Positions 1 to 12,675 of a stretch of 64,000 bases of DNA are shown piece after piece (the first letter of the stretch is position 1; every line of letters starts with the position of its first letter). Source of the DNA: Pseudomonas sp. (GTDB lineage Bacteria > Pseudomonadota > Gammaproteobacteria > Pseudomonadales > Pseudomonadaceae); NCBI GenBank assembly GCA_047973445.1, contig JBKEBY010000008.1, forward strand, positions 68,812-132,811, read 5' to 3'. Under the pieces are notes generated by a model. It did not search any database. It was not told the origin of the DNA and saw only the letters and a list, made by a program, of their open reading frames with translations. A program made the position numbers and the translations under genes.

Positions 1-371
1 AACTCAAGCAAGGACGCCTGGTGCTCAACCAACCCGCCGGGCATCTGGAGGCGAATGAAAGCCTGAGCCAGGCCGCCCTGCGAGAAACGCTGGAGGAAAC
101 CGGCTGGGACGTGGAGCTCACCGGCGTCGTGGGCATCTACCTGTACACCGCACCGAGCAACGGAGTGACCTATCAGCGAGTCTGCTTTGCCGCCAAGCCC
201 GTGCATCATCATGCCGATCGCGACCTCGATATCGATATCGCCGGCACCCTCTGGCTGAGCCGTGACGAGTTGGTGGCACAGCCACAGCGCTGGCGCAGCG
301 AGCTGGTGTCTCGCTGCATCGACGATTACCTGAACGGCCCCCTGCATGGCCTTGACGTGATACGGGACTAA
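1..371 (+). CDS. nudJ: NUDIX hydrolase (NudJ-like), 5' truncated by window edge
   Basis: Nudix box AGHLEANESLSQAALRETLEETG; frame open from position 3; lies directly upstream of mnmA. Confidence 0.8.
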   Translation, partial: LKQGRLVLNQPAGHLEANESLSQAALRETLEETGWDVELTGVVGIYLYTAPSNGVTYQRVCFAAKPVHHHADRDLDIDIAGTLWLSRDELVAQPQRWRSELVSRCIDDYLNGPLHGLDVIRD

Positions 372-398
372 CAAGCTGAGAGCCAGCAGCCCCTAACC

Positions 399-407
399 TG
401 TTAGAAT
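399..407 (+). promoter_or_regulatory. Extended -10 element (TGtTAGAAT) upstream of mnmA
   Basis: TGn+TAGAAT about 25 nt before the mnmA start. Confidence 0.5.
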
Positions 408-432
408 CCTGCCCTTTTACCGCCACCTCCGA

Positions 433-1565
433 ATGTCTATGTCCAATCCAGCAGCCATCGTCCCGGAAAAACAACGCGTCATCGTCGGCATGTCCGGCGG
501 CGTGGACTCTTCCGTTTCCGCCCTCCTCCTGCTCGAACAGGGCTACCAGGTCGAAGGACTGTTCATGAAGAACTGGGAGGAAGACGACGGCACCGAATAC
601 TGCACGGCCAAGGACGACCTGGCTGATGCCCAGGCTGTTTGCGACAAGATCGGTATCAAGCTGCACACCGCCAATTTCGCGGCAGAATACTGGGACAACG
701 TATTCGAGCATTTCCTCGCCGAATACAAGGCCGGTCGCACGCCCAACCCGGACATCCTCTGCAACCGCGAAATCAAGTTCAAGGCCTTCCTCGATTACGC
801 ACTGATGCTGGGTGCCGATCTCATCGCCACCGGCCACTACGTTCGCCGCCGCGATCTGGGCGGCCGCAGCGAGCTGCTCAAGGGCCTGGACCCAAACAAG
901 GACCAGAGCTACTTCCTGCACGCGGTGGGCGGCGAGCAGATCGCCCGAACGCTTTTCCCGGTGGGCGAGCTGGAAAAACCGCAGGTGCGTGCCATCGCGG
1001 AAAAATACGCACTGGCGACGGCCAAGAAGAAGGATTCCACCGGTATCTGCTTCATCGGTGAGCGACGTTTCAGCGACTTCCTCAAACAATACCTGCCGGC
1101 ACAGCCCGGCGACATCGAAACCATCGATGGCGATGTGATAGGGCGGCATCACGGGCTCATGTATCACACCATCGGCCAGCGCCAGGGGTTGGGAATCGGA
1201 GGCCTCAAGGATGCCGGCGACGATCCCTGGTACGTCCTGAGCAAGGATCTGCAGCGCAACGTTCTGGTCGTCGGCCAGGGTAACGATCACCCCTGGCTGT
1301 TTTCCCGCGCGCTGCACGCTTCTGAAATCTACTGGGTCAATCCGCTCGACCTTTCCGGGCCGTTGAGGCTGACCGCCAAGGTCCGTTATCGCCAGGGTGA
1401 CCAGGCGTGCACCCTGCACCACGGCCCCGACGGCTACCGAATCGTATTCGACTCACCTCAACGCGCGGTCACTCCGGGCCAATCGGTGGTGCTCTACGAC
1501 GGGGAAGTCTGCCTGGGCGGCGGCGTCATCGAACGTGCCGAGCCCTGGTTCGAAGGAACGCACGC

Positions 1566-1569
<4 letters not shown>
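433..1569 (+). CDS. mnmA: tRNA 2-thiouridine(34) synthase MnmA
   Basis: [11 protein letters not shown]-loop, [14 protein letters not shown] and DSTGICFIG motifs; start may be 439. Confidence 0.97.
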
Positions 1570-3723
<2,154 letters not shown>

Positions 3724-3739
3724 ACGATTTCAACTGCAC

Positions 3740-3769
3740 ACGCCCGGCCGTGCCGGGCGTTTTTATTTG
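3740..3769 (+). terminator. Rho-independent terminator-like hairpin after purB
   Basis: ACGCCCGGC-CGT-GCCGGGCGT followed by TTTTATTT. Confidence 0.7.
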
Positions 3770-3799
3770 CAGCTCTGCCCACAGAGCAAGGTGTTAGGC

Positions 3800-4966
3800 A
3801 TGACCTCTGATATTCCACTTCAAATCCTGGGCGGCATCAGCGCCCGGGAATTCCTGCGCGACTACTGGCAGAAGAAACCGTTGCTGATCCGCCAGGCCAT
3901 TCCGGATTTCCAGAACCCTATTTCCCCGGACGAACTGGCCGGCCTTTCGCTCGAAGAGGAAGTCGAATCCCGTCTGGTCATCGAGCATGGCGACAGCCCC
4001 TGGGAACTGCGTCGCGGTCCTTTCGCCGAAGACACCTACCAACAACTGCCGGAACGCGACTGGACCTTGCTGGTGCAAGCCGCGGATCAGCTGGTTCCGG
4101 AAGTCGCCGAACTACTCCAGCACTTCCGTTTCCTGCCGAACTGGCGCATCGACGACGTGATGATCAGCTACGCCGCTCCGGGTGGTGGCGTCGGCCCGCA
4201 CTTCGACAACTACGATGTCTTCCTGCTGCAGGCCCATGGCCGGCGCCGCTGGCGCATCGGCCAGATGTGCGACAGTGAAAGCCCGCTGCTGGAGCACGGC
4301 GACCTGCGTATCCTGGCCGAATTCCAGGGCACCGACGAATGGGTTCTGGAGCCGGGCGACATGCTTTACCTACCGCCGCGCCTGGCCCATTTCGGCACCG
4401 CTGAAGACGCCTGCATGACCTATTCGGTCGGCTTCCGTGCGCCGAGCGCAGCGGAGGTCCTGACCCATTTCACCGATTTCCTCGCTCAATTTCTGCCTGA
4501 CGAGGAGCGCTACAGCGACGCCGACCTGCAGCCAGCCGAGGACCCCCATCAGATCCAGAGCGATGCGCTGAAGCGATTGATGGCGCTGCTGGACGAGCAT
4601 ATGGGCGACGAACGCCTGTTGCTCACCTGGTTCGGCCAGTTCATGACCGAGCCGCGCTATCCGGAGCGGGTCGAAGGCCCGGAGATCGACTCAGACGAAT
4701 TGCTTTCGGCACTGGAAGATGGCGCCATACTAGTGCGCAACCCAGCGGCACGTCTGGCCTGGAGCGAAGTGGACATCGGCCTGCTGCTGTTCGCCAGCGG
4801 TCAGAGCCGCCTGCTGCCGGCGCATCTTCAACCGCTACTGAAGCTGATCTGCTCCGCCGAAGCCCTGCATATCGAGAACCTCAGCCAATGGCTGAACGAC
4901 GAGGATGGGCGTAATCTTCTGTGGCAACTGGTAAAACAGGGAAGTCTGGAGTTCGCTGATGAGTGA
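3800..4966 (+). CDS. roxA: JmjC/cupin 2-oxoglutarate oxygenase, RoxA/YcfD (ribosomal protein uL16 hydroxylase) family
   Basis: FLRDYWQKKPLLIR, GGVGPHFDNYDVFLLQ and LEPGDMLYLPPRLAHFG motifs; follows purB. Confidence 0.85.
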   Translation: MTSDIPLQILGGISAREFLRDYWQKKPLLIRQAIPDFQNPISPDELAGLSLEEEVESRLVIEHGDSPWELRRGPFAEDTYQQLPERDWTLLVQAADQLVPEVAELLQHFRFLPNWRIDDVMISYAAPGGGVGPHFDNYDVFLLQAHGRRRWRIGQMCDSESPLLEHGDLRILAEFQGTDEWVLEPGDMLYLPPRLAHFGTAEDACMTYSVGFRAPSAAEVLTHFTDFLAQFLPDEERYSDADLQPAEDPHQIQSDALKRLMALLDEHMGDERLLLTWFGQFMTEPRYPERVEGPEIDSDELLSALEDGAILVRNPAARLAWSEVDIGLLLFASGQSRLLPAHLQPLLKLICSAEALHIENLSQWLNDEDGRNLLWQLVKQGSLEFADE

Positions 4967-5384
4967 GATACAAGTACGCCTCGCCGACTGGCAGCAGGAC
5001 AATGCCGATCTGCGACGTATCCGGGAAGCAGTCTTCATCGCCGAGCAGTCCGTTTCGCCAGAACTGGAATGGGATTCCGATGACGCCGAAGCCGTGCATT
5101 TCCTCGCGCTGGAAAGCGGTTATCCGATCGGTACGGCACGGCTGCTGGCCGACGGCCAGATCGGCCGCGTGTCGGTGCTGCGCGACTGGCGCGGCATGAA
5201 TGTCGGCGGTGCACTGATGCAGGCCGTGATCGCCGAGGCCGAACGCCGCGGGCTGACGGAGCAGAAGCTCACCGCCCAGGTACATGCCACCTCGTTCTAC
5301 GAGCGATTGGGGTTCACCGTGGTCAGCGACGAATTCCTCGAAGCCGGCATCCCCCACGTCGATATGCTGCGCAAGAGCCACTGA
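4959..5384 (+). CDS. GNAT family N-acetyltransferase (ElaA/YjcF-like)
   Basis: IREAVFIAEQ, IGRVSVLRDWRGMNVG and FYERLGF motifs; overlaps the upstream stop. Confidence 0.88.
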   Translation: MSEIQVRLADWQQDNADLRRIREAVFIAEQSVSPELEWDSDDAEAVHFLALESGYPIGTARLLADGQIGRVSVLRDWRGMNVGGALMQAVIAEAERRGLTEQKLTAQVHATSFYERLGFTVVSDEFLEAGIPHVDMLRKSH

Positions 5385-5390
5385 GCAGCC

Positions 5391-6014
5391 ATGCAGCGCG
5401 ACGCCCCGAATGATTCGAATGCTTCAGCCGATTTGCCGGCTATCGAATTCGACTCACCGGGGCGTTTCTCCGTGCACAACCCCGACACCGAGTCTCCAGC
5501 CCAAAAGTCTCGGCCGGCGATCGCCATCGCACCAGGCAGAGCGCTCCAGCACTTTACCTCCGCCGAAGACGCACGAGCACATGCACTCGCGCTGTTCCAG
5601 GGCGCAAACCGCGACATCTGCCTCTACAGCCCGGACCTCGAACGCTGGCTGTACAGCAACAGCACTATTCAACAGGCCTGCAGTCGTTTCCTGTTGGCAC
5701 ACCCGCGCAACCGGCTGCGGGTGCTGGTACACGACGTCGGGTCGGCAGTCCGTGAGGGCCACCTGCTGCTGGCACTGGCACGCCGCCTGACCAGCAGGCT
5801 GCATATTCGCAAACTGAATCTCGAATACCCCAGCGAAGACTGCGCATTCCTCGTCATCGATGGCCACAGCCTCATGGTACGGCCGAAAGTCGAGCAGCAG
5901 ACCGGCTATGCTCTGCACAACGACCCCGGCAAAGCGCGCCTCCGGCAGTCACAGTTCGATCAAGCCTGGGACCACAGTCTTTCCGATCCCGATTTGCGGA
6001 GCTTCCTGCTATGA
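5391..6014 (+). CDS. Conserved hypothetical protein associated with the GNAT gene
   Basis: 207-aa ORF, operon-like spacing (6 nt from GNAT, ATGA overlap downstream). Confidence 0.75.
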   Translation: MQRDAPNDSNASADLPAIEFDSPGRFSVHNPDTESPAQKSRPAIAIAPGRALQHFTSAEDARAHALALFQGANRDICLYSPDLERWLYSNSTIQQACSRFLLAHPRNRLRVLVHDVGSAVREGHLLLALARRLTSRLHIRKLNLEYPSEDCAFLVIDGHSLMVRPKVEQQTGYALHNDPGKARLRQSQFDQAWDHSLSDPDLRSFLL

Positions 6015-6820
6015 CGCTACGCCGTATTCTCACCAGCCTGGTTTTCCTGATCAGCCTCCCTCTCTTCGCCGCCACCGAAATCATCCAGATGAATTACCGC
6101 ATGGCCGAAGACGTGCTTCCCATCGCGCAGTCAGTCGTCGGCGATCAGGGCAAGGTGAACGCTTACGGCAGCCAACTGATCGTCAATGCACCTCCCGCGG
6201 TGATCGACGAGCTACGCGGTGTGCTCAGCCAGTTGGACAGCGAACCCAAGCGCCTGCTGATCAGCGTCGATACCCGCAACTCGGCGAGCTCAGCGGATCG
6301 CGGCTACCGAGTCGACGGCTCGGCCAATATCGGCAACGTCGAGATCGAGGCAGGCCGGGGCGAAGTCAGGGGGCGCGACCAGGTTCGCATCATTCGGCGC
6401 AGCACCCAGGACCTGGGGGGCGGCACTCAGCAGGTCCAGGCAACCGAGGGCTACCCCGCATTGATACAGGTCGGACAAAGCATCCCCCTCACCACAACCG
6501 GCACCGATGGCTATGGCCTGCCCTATCAGCAGACCCAGTATCAGAACGTGATGCGCGGCTTCTACGCTACCGCGACGGTCACCGGCGACAGGGTTCACGT
6601 GACGATCAGCAGCCAGAACGACCACGTCGAACGAACCCGCCCCGATATCATCAACGTCCAAACGACCGATACCCGCGTCAGCGGCAGACTCGGCGAATGG
6701 ATTCCGCTCGGCGGTATCGCTGAGAACGGCGCTTCAAGCGAAAGCGGACTGCTTCGCCGCCACGCCACGGAAGGCCGTCAGGACCTGTCGCTGCGAATCA
6801 AAGTAGACACGCTGGACTGA
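6011..6820 (+). CDS. Short secretin-like protein (NolW/secretin N-domain, signal peptide)
   Basis: Sec signal; NYRMAEDVL...NAYGSQLIVNAP...VLSQLD N3-like domain; beta-rich C-terminus with TRVSGRLGEWIPLGG. Confidence 0.75.
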   Translation: MTLRRILTSLVFLISLPLFAATEIIQMNYRMAEDVLPIAQSVVGDQGKVNAYGSQLIVNAPPAVIDELRGVLSQLDSEPKRLLISVDTRNSASSADRGYRVDGSANIGNVEIEAGRGEVRGRDQVRIIRRSTQDLGGGTQQVQATEGYPALIQVGQSIPLTTTGTDGYGLPYQQTQYQNVMRGFYATATVTGDRVHVTISSQNDHVERTRPDIINVQTTDTRVSGRLGEWIPLGGIAENGASSESGLLRRHATEGRQDLSLRIKVDTLD

Positions 6821-6854
6821 CCGAACTTCCCGCTTCTGCCAAGCCCCCGGAAAA

Positions 6855-6882
6855 ATGTAGTGCCTTAAAAAAATCACTACAA
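6855..6882. promoter_or_regulatory. RccR (HexR/RpiR-family) type operator upstream of aceA
   Basis: ATGTAGTG-N12-CACTACAA, a 28-bp near-palindrome matching the RccR site known at Pseudomonas glyoxylate-shunt promoters. Confidence 0.8.
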
Positions 6883-6887
6883 AACGA

Positions 6888-6916
6888 TTGACGAACCTTT
6901 TTTGGCAGAGCATGAT
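6888..6916 (+). promoter_or_regulatory. Sigma70 promoter of aceA
   Basis: TTGACG-17 nt-CATGAT immediately downstream of the operator. Confidence 0.7.
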
Positions 6917-7329
6917 TGCCTCGCTCCCGCTAACCAGGGGCCCTGGCAAGGGTCTCCGGACCGCGCTCAGCCAACCAGCAGAGCCGATCCGTGACTGTAC
7001 TGCCCACAAGGCGGACTGACGAGGTTGCGACTGGAACGAGTCGTCCCGAGGGACGGGGAAGCGATTAACGTATCAGCTCGAGACGTCAGTACTGCTAAGT
7101 CACTCAACGGCCCCGTGTCGCTGTGTGCCGGAATGCCCACGATCATTCCGTAGCTGGTCGGTTTCTTGCGGTCGTAACTGCACACCCCTCCTCTCCTTGG
7201 TTCAATTCTCGTCCCGGTCGGTATTTCGACGCTCTGCCGCGTGTTGCCTCGCTGATCAGCGCTAGCACGTAGGTTTCGGTGGGAAAGTCGGTGCTCAACC
7301 AAACACGAATTTCTTTGAAAGGATTGACC

Positions 7330-8925
7330 ATGTCCGCTTATCAAAACGACATCAAGGCCGTTGCCGCTCTGAAAGAAGTAGCTGGAAGCAGCTGGAGCGC
7401 TATCAACCCTGAGTCCGTAGCTCGCATGCGTGCTCAGAACCGCTTCAAGACCGGTCTGGAAATCGCTCAGTACACCGCCGACATCATGCGCAAGGACATG
7501 GCCGAATACGACGCCGACTCGTCCGTTTACACGCAGTCGCTGGGTTGCTGGCATGGCTTCATCGGTCAGCAGAAACTGATCTCCATCAAAAAGCACCTGA
7601 AAACCACCAACAAGCGCTACCTCTACCTCTCCGGCTGGATGGTCGCTGCCCTGCGTTCCGAGTTCGGCCCGCTGCCGGACCAGTCGATGCATGAGAAAAC
7701 TGCCGTTTCCGACCTGATCGAGGAGCTGTACACCTTCCTGCGTCAGGCCGACAGCCGCGAGCTGGACCTGCTGTTCACCGCTCTGGACGCTGCCCGCGAG
7801 GCCGGCGACAGCGCCAAGGCCGCCGAGATCCAGTCGCAGATCGACAACCACGAAACCCACGTTGTCCCGATCATCGCCGACATCGATGCCGGTTTCGGCA
7901 ACCCGGAAGCCACCTACCTGCTGGCCAAGCGCATGATCGAAGCCGGTGCCTGCTGCATTCAGCTGGAGAACCAAGTATCCGATGAGAAACAGTGCGGCCA
8001 CCAAGACGGAAAAGTAACCGTTCCTCACGCCGACTTCCTCGCCAAGATCGCAGCCGTTCGCTACGCGTTCCTCGAGCTGGGTATCGACAACGGCGTGATC
8101 GTTGCCCGTACCGACTCCCTGGGCGCCGGCCTGACCAAGCAGATCGCCGTGACCAAGGAGCCGGGCGACCTGGGTGACCTGTACAACTCCTTCCTCGATT
8201 GCGAAGAAATCACCGAAGCCGAGCTGGGCAACGGCGATGTCGTGATCAAGCGCGAAGGCAAGCTGCTGCGTCCCAAGCGCCTGCCGTCCAACCTGTTCCA
8301 GTTCCGCAAAGGCACCGGTGAAGACCGCTGCGTGCTGGACTGCATCACCAGCCTGCAGAACGGCGCCGACCTGCTGTGGATCGAAACCGAGAAGCCGCAC
8401 GTTGGCCAGATCAAGGCCATGGTCGACCGTATCCGCGAAGTGATTCCGACTGCCAAGCTGGTCTACAACAACAGCCCGTCCTTCAACTGGACCCTGAACT
8501 TCCGCCAGCAGGTGTTCGATGCGTTCGTCGCCGAAGGCAAGGATGTTTCTGCCTACGATCGCGCCAAGCTGATGAGCGTCGAGTACGACGAGACCGAACT
8601 GGCCAAGGTCGCTGACGAGAAGATCCGTACCTTCCAGAAAGACGGTTCCGCCCACGCCGGCATCTTCCACCACCTGATCACTCTGCCGACCTACCACACC
8701 GCTGCGCTGTCGACCGACAACCTGGCCAAAGGGTACTTCGCAGAAGAAGGCATGCTGGCCTACGTCAAAGGTGTTCAGCGTCAGGAACTGCGTCAGGGCA
8801 TCGCCTGCGTCAAGCACCAGAACATGGCTGGATCCGACATCGGCGACAACCACAAGGAGTACTTCGCTGGCGAAGCGGCTCTGAAGGCAAGCGGTAAAGA
8901 CAACACCATGAACCAGTTCCACTAA
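7330..8925 (+). CDS. aceA: Isocitrate lyase (531-aa P. aeruginosa type)
   Basis: IIADIDAGFG, EKQCGHQDGK catalytic motif and YNNSPSFNW; AAAGGA RBS. Confidence 0.97.
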   Translation: MSAYQNDIKAVAALKEVAGSSWSAINPESVARMRAQNRFKTGLEIAQYTADIMRKDMAEYDADSSVYTQSLGCWHGFIGQQKLISIKKHLKTTNKRYLYLSGWMVAALRSEFGPLPDQSMHEKTAVSDLIEELYTFLRQADSRELDLLFTALDAAREAGDSAKAAEIQSQIDNHETHVVPIIADIDAGFGNPEATYLLAKRMIEAGACCIQLENQVSDEKQCGHQDGKVTVPHADFLAKIAAVRYAFLELGIDNGVIVARTDSLGAGLTKQIAVTKEPGDLGDLYNSFLDCEEITEAELGNGDVVIKREGKLLRPKRLPSNLFQFRKGTGEDRCVLDCITSLQNGADLLWIETEKPHVGQIKAMVDRIREVIPTAKLVYNNSPSFNWTLNFRQQVFDAFVAEGKDVSAYDRAKLMSVEYDETELAKVADEKIRTFQKDGSAHAGIFHHLITLPTYHTAALSTDNLAKGYFAEEGMLAYVKGVQRQELRQGIACVKHQNMAGSDIGDNHKEYFAGEAALKASGKDNTMNQFH

Positions 8926-8975
8926 GCGGAACGGTTTGCCGCCTGGCCTTCGGGCCAGGCAGGTGCTGATTCGAG

Positions 8976-9000
8976 AGCCCCGGCATTCGCCGGGGCTTTT
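8976..9000 (+). terminator. Terminator after aceA
   Basis: AGCCCCGGC-ATTC-GCCGGGGCT followed by TTT. Confidence 0.75.
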
Positions 9001-9036
9001 GCGTCTGTAGCCCCTTAGCCCGAAGGATCAAGACAC

Positions 9037-10098
9037 CTAGGTGACGGCTTCACTCCCTGGCGAGGTAAACAGCCCCCACGCCGAGATGAACAAGGCTGCT
9101 ATCAACGGACCGATGACGAACCCGTTCAGCCCGAACAGACTCAAGCCGCCGAGCGTGGAGATCAGCACCACGTAGTCCGGCATCTTGGTGTCCTTGCCCA
9201 CCAGGATGGGGCGCAGAATATTGTCGACCAGGCCGATGACCAGCACGCCATACAGAATCAGGATCACGCCCTGTACGATGAGGCCTTTCATCAGAAAATA
9301 GATCGCTACGGGCGTCCAGATCAGCCCGGCGCCGACGGCAGGCAGCAACGACAGAAAAGCCATCAGCACACCGCAAAGCACCGCACTGGGGATGCCCAGT
9401 ATCGCGAAGATGATCGCACCCAATGCCCCCTGCGTCGCCGCGACGACGATGTTGCCCTTTACGGTAGCGCGAACCACGCGGGTGAACTTGCTGAACAACC
9501 GCCTCTTCTGGTTATCGCTCAACGGCACCGCCTTTCTGATGCTGGCGACCAGCTCGCGGCCATCGCGCAACAGGAAGAAAAGCAGGTAGAGCATCAGAAA
9601 GAAGCTCAGCATGAACTGGAAGGTACCCTGTCCAAAGCTGAAGGCCTTGGTCGCCAGGAATTGGCTGCCCTGCAAGGCGCTACTGGCCAGGCGCTCGCGA
9701 ATCTGGTCCATGTCGCCTAACCCGAAACGCTGCATCTGTGCTTGCCAGGATGCCGGCAACAGCTCCTTCGCATGACTGACGAAGCTGTCTATATCGATTT
9801 CACCACTCTCGATCTGCTTGTAGAGCGTCGTGCCTTCCTGCACCAGCACCCCGGCAATGAGAATTACCGGCAGCACCGCCACCAGAAGACAGATGAACAA
9901 GGTGGCAAGAGCCGCCAGGTTCCGCCGAGCGTTCAGACGGGCGAGCAAACGACGTTGGACCGGGGTGAAGATGATCGCCAGGATCACAGCCCAGAACACC
10001 GCACCGTAGAAAGGAAGGAGTATCCAGCCGAAGGCCACCGATACGACAAGCAACAGAGCGAGAAAAACTTTCTGTTCGAGCCTCGAGTTGACCATCAT
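9037..10098 (-). CDS. AI-2E family transporter
   Basis: Multiple TM segments; DNILRPILVG and STLGGLSLFGLNGFVIGP motifs. Confidence 0.9.
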   Translation of the reverse strand: MMVNSRLEQKVFLALLLVVSVAFGWILLPFYGAVFWAVILAIIFTPVQRRLLARLNARRNLAALATLFICLLVAVLPVILIAGVLVQEGTTLYKQIESGEIDIDSFVSHAKELLPASWQAQMQRFGLGDMDQIRERLASSALQGSQFLATKAFSFGQGTFQFMLSFFLMLYLLFFLLRDGRELVASIRKAVPLSDNQKRRLFSKFTRVVRATVKGNIVVAATQGALGAIIFAILGIPSAVLCGVLMAFLSLLPAVGAGLIWTPVAIYFLMKGLIVQGVILILYGVLVIGLVDNILRPILVGKDTKMPDYVVLISTLGGLSLFGLNGFVIGPLIAALFISAWGLFTSPGSEAVT

Positions 10099-10255
10099 GC
10101 ACCCTGTCGCGGTAGTTGTTCCTTTTAGTCAACGTTCGCGGAAAGGAGTGCAGGTAGCGGTGCTCTAGGATCTGTTGCCGTTTCGTACGCGACCGCGCCG
10201 GAAACGGCAACAGACCCTCGATGAGTCACGCAGAGGATTGTGGCGCCGTTCGTGC

Positions 10256-11572
10256 TCAGAGCACCATGGCCGCAATCCAGCCAAATACCAGCAGCGGCAG
10301 GTTGTAGTGGAGGAAGGTCGGCACCACCGTATCCCAGATATGGTTGTGCTGGCCATCCACGTTCAGTCCCGCCGTCGGGCCCAGCGTCGAGTCGGAGGCT
10401 GGCGAGCCGGCATCACCCAGAGCGCCGGCAGTCCCGACCAGACTGACGATGGCCAGGGGGCTGAAGCCCAGCTCCAAACCGAGGGGTACGAAAATCGCGG
10501 CGATAATAGGAACGGTCGAAAATGATGAGCCTATGCCCATGGTGACCACCAGGCCGACCAACAGCATCAGCAATGCACCTACCGCCTTGCTGTTGCCAAT
10601 CAATTGCGCCGAAGTATCGACCAATGTTTTCACCTGGCCGGTCTCGCGCATGACTTCGGCGAAACCGGAAGCCGCAATCATGATGAAACCGATCATCGCC
10701 ATCATCTTCATGCCTTCGGTGAACAGGTCGTCGGCCTCACGCCAACGCACTACTCGCGAGACAGAGAAGATCACGAAGCCTGCCAGCGCACCGATGATCA
10801 TCGAGTCGAGCCACAACTGAATGGCGAAAGCGACCGCAATCGCGACGCCCGCGACGAGTAGCGTCAGCGGGCTGTACTGGACGCCCGCCTGCACCGAGCC
10901 GTCGACCTTCTGCAACTCGTACGCCCGCGGCTTGCGATAGCTGAACAGTGCGATCAACAGGCCGGTGACCATTCCCAGCGCCGGAATCAGCATGGCCTGA
11001 GTAACGGCGACGCCCGCTACTTCCGCCCCACTCTTGGCGACGTTGGCGAGCAGGATCTCCTTGAGGAAGATGTTGCCAAACCCGACCGGCAGGAACATGT
11101 ACGGCGTAATCAGCCCGAATGCGAGGACGCAGGCGATCAGCCGGCGATCGATCTGAAGCTTGGTCAGCACATAAAGCAGTGGCGGAACCAGCAGCGGGAT
11201 GAAGGCGATATGAATCGGCAGGATGTTCTGGGACGAAATCGCCACAGCCAGCAACAGGCCGACCAGCATCCACTTGACCGCACCACCACCGCTCACCTCT
11301 TTCCGACCGAGTACGGCCAGCACCTTGTCTGCCAGGGCATGGGCCAATCCGCTCTTGCCGATAGCCACGGCAAATGCACCGAGCAATGCATAGGAAAGCG
11401 CAACCGTGGCACCGCCTCCCAACCCCTTGTTGAAGGCAGCCAGGCTACCCTCAATGCCCAACCCGCCCAGCAGCCCCCCCGCGATGGCACCAGCGATCAA
11501 CGCCACCACCACGTGAACCCGGCACAAGCTGAGAGCCAGCATGATCGCTACCGCCGCGACTACCGCATTCAT
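10256..11572 (-). CDS. Na+/H+ antiporter (NhaC-like, YuiF-type) family membrane protein
   Basis: MNAVVAAV start; [13 protein letters not shown] and [15 protein letters not shown] motifs; many TM helices. Confidence 0.85.
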   Translation of the reverse strand: MNAVVAAVAIMLALSLCRVHVVVALIAGAIAGGLLGGLGIEGSLAAFNKGLGGGATVALSYALLGAFAVAIGKSGLAHALADKVLAVLGRKEVSGGGAVKWMLVGLLLAVAISSQNILPIHIAFIPLLVPPLLYVLTKLQIDRRLIACVLAFGLITPYMFLPVGFGNIFLKEILLANVAKSGAEVAGVAVTQAMLIPALGMVTGLLIALFSYRKPRAYELQKVDGSVQAGVQYSPLTLLVAGVAIAVAFAIQLWLDSMIIGALAGFVIFSVSRVVRWREADDLFTEGMKMMAMIGFIMIAASGFAEVMRETGQVKTLVDTSAQLIGNSKAVGALLMLLVGLVVTMGIGSSFSTVPIIAAIFVPLGLELGFSPLAIVSLVGTAGALGDAGSPASDSTLGPTAGLNVDGQHNHIWDTVVPTFLHYNLPLLVFGWIAAMVL

Positions 11573-11746
11573 ACCATCCCCTTGTAACTGGAAGACCTGA
11601 CAAAAAGCGCCGTACTTTGCAGTACGTGGCAAGCCGTGTCAAAAGAACCGAGCATTGAGCAACCCGCGTTCCCGGCCCCGTCGCGAAGAAAAGAAGATAA
11701 GATGCACGCTTTGGCCGTCGGGGCCTGCTTGGGGTGAACCAGTCCA

Positions 11747-12103
11747 GTGGAAATCTTCAAAGAGTTTACGTTCGAATCCGCACATCGCTTGCCGCATGTA
11801 CCCGAGGGGCACAAGTGTGGTCGCCTCCACGGCCATTCTTTCCGTGTAGCGCTGTATATAGAGGGCGAGGTCGATCCACGCACCGGCTGGATTCGCGATT
11901 TCGGCGAAATCAAGGCCATTTTCAAGCCGCTCTATGAGCGCCTCGATCACAACTACCTGAACGACCTGCCGGGCCTGGAAAACCCAACCAGCGAGAATCT
12001 GGCGAAGTGGATCTGGCGTGAGCTGAAGCCCGTGCTTCCCGAACTGTCGCGAGTTAGGATCCACGAGACCTGCACCAGCGGCTGCGAATACCGCGGGGAT
12101 TGA
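11747..12103 (+). CDS. queD: 6-carboxy-5,6,7,8-tetrahydropterin synthase
   Basis: [15 protein letters not shown] and ENPTSENLA motifs. Confidence 0.95.
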   Translation: MEIFKEFTFESAHRLPHVPEGHKCGRLHGHSFRVALYIEGEVDPRTGWIRDFGEIKAIFKPLYERLDHNYLNDLPGLENPTSENLAKWIWRELKPVLPELSRVRIHETCTSGCEYRGD

Positions 12104-12142
12104 GCGGCGCCCTGCCCAGTCAAAGCAGGCCCCGCTCCTTTC

Positions 12143-12538
12143 TCAGGCTTCCGGCAGTTTCACGATCACCTTGATTTCGAACTGGAAGCCGTAGAGCCAG
12201 GTCACGCCCACAGCCGTCAGTGTCGGGTGTGGAGCGCCACCCCAGTACTCGGGAACCACGCCCCAGATCTTTTCGAAATGGGATTCCGGATCGACGATGA
12301 AGACCGTGACATCGACCACGTCTTCAAAGGTGCAGCCAGCAGCCCTCAAAATTGCATTCAGATTATCGAAGGCGCGCCGAACCTGTGTCTCGAGGTCCGG
12401 CTCGGGCGAACCATCCTCGCGACTGCCGACCTGCCCGGAAACGAACAGAAACCCGTTCGACCGAATCGCAGGGGAATACCTGTTGCGTTCATAGAGCGCT
12501 TGGCGCCCCTCGGGAAAAACCACATCACGCTTGGTCAT
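12143..12538 (-). CDS. RidA/YjgF family protein
   Basis: YSPAIRSNGFLFVSGQVG and FEIKV motifs. Confidence 0.9.
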   Translation of the reverse strand: MTKRDVVFPEGRQALYERNRYSPAIRSNGFLFVSGQVGSREDGSPEPDLETQVRRAFDNLNAILRAAGCTFEDVVDVTVFIVDPESHFEKIWGVVPEYWGGAPHPTLTAVGVTWLYGFQFEIKVIVKLPEA

Positions 12539-12675
12539 GATCTACCTCCATCGTGAGCCATTGGCGGCCCCTGGTTATCGAGGCCGAGACTGTAGAAGTC
12601 TTCGGTGTCTGGATAAACTCGCGAACCCACCCATCACTGTTTGCAGATGCCAAACAATTCTGGTCAGGAGCTTCG

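Noticed and set aside
6967..8922. 651-aa antisense ORF opposite aceA, and similar long shadow ORFs opposite mnmA, purB, ccoN, ccoG, nadE and deaD
   Set aside because: These mirror highly biased GC-rich genes, have no recognisable motifs, and are the expected result of codon bias.
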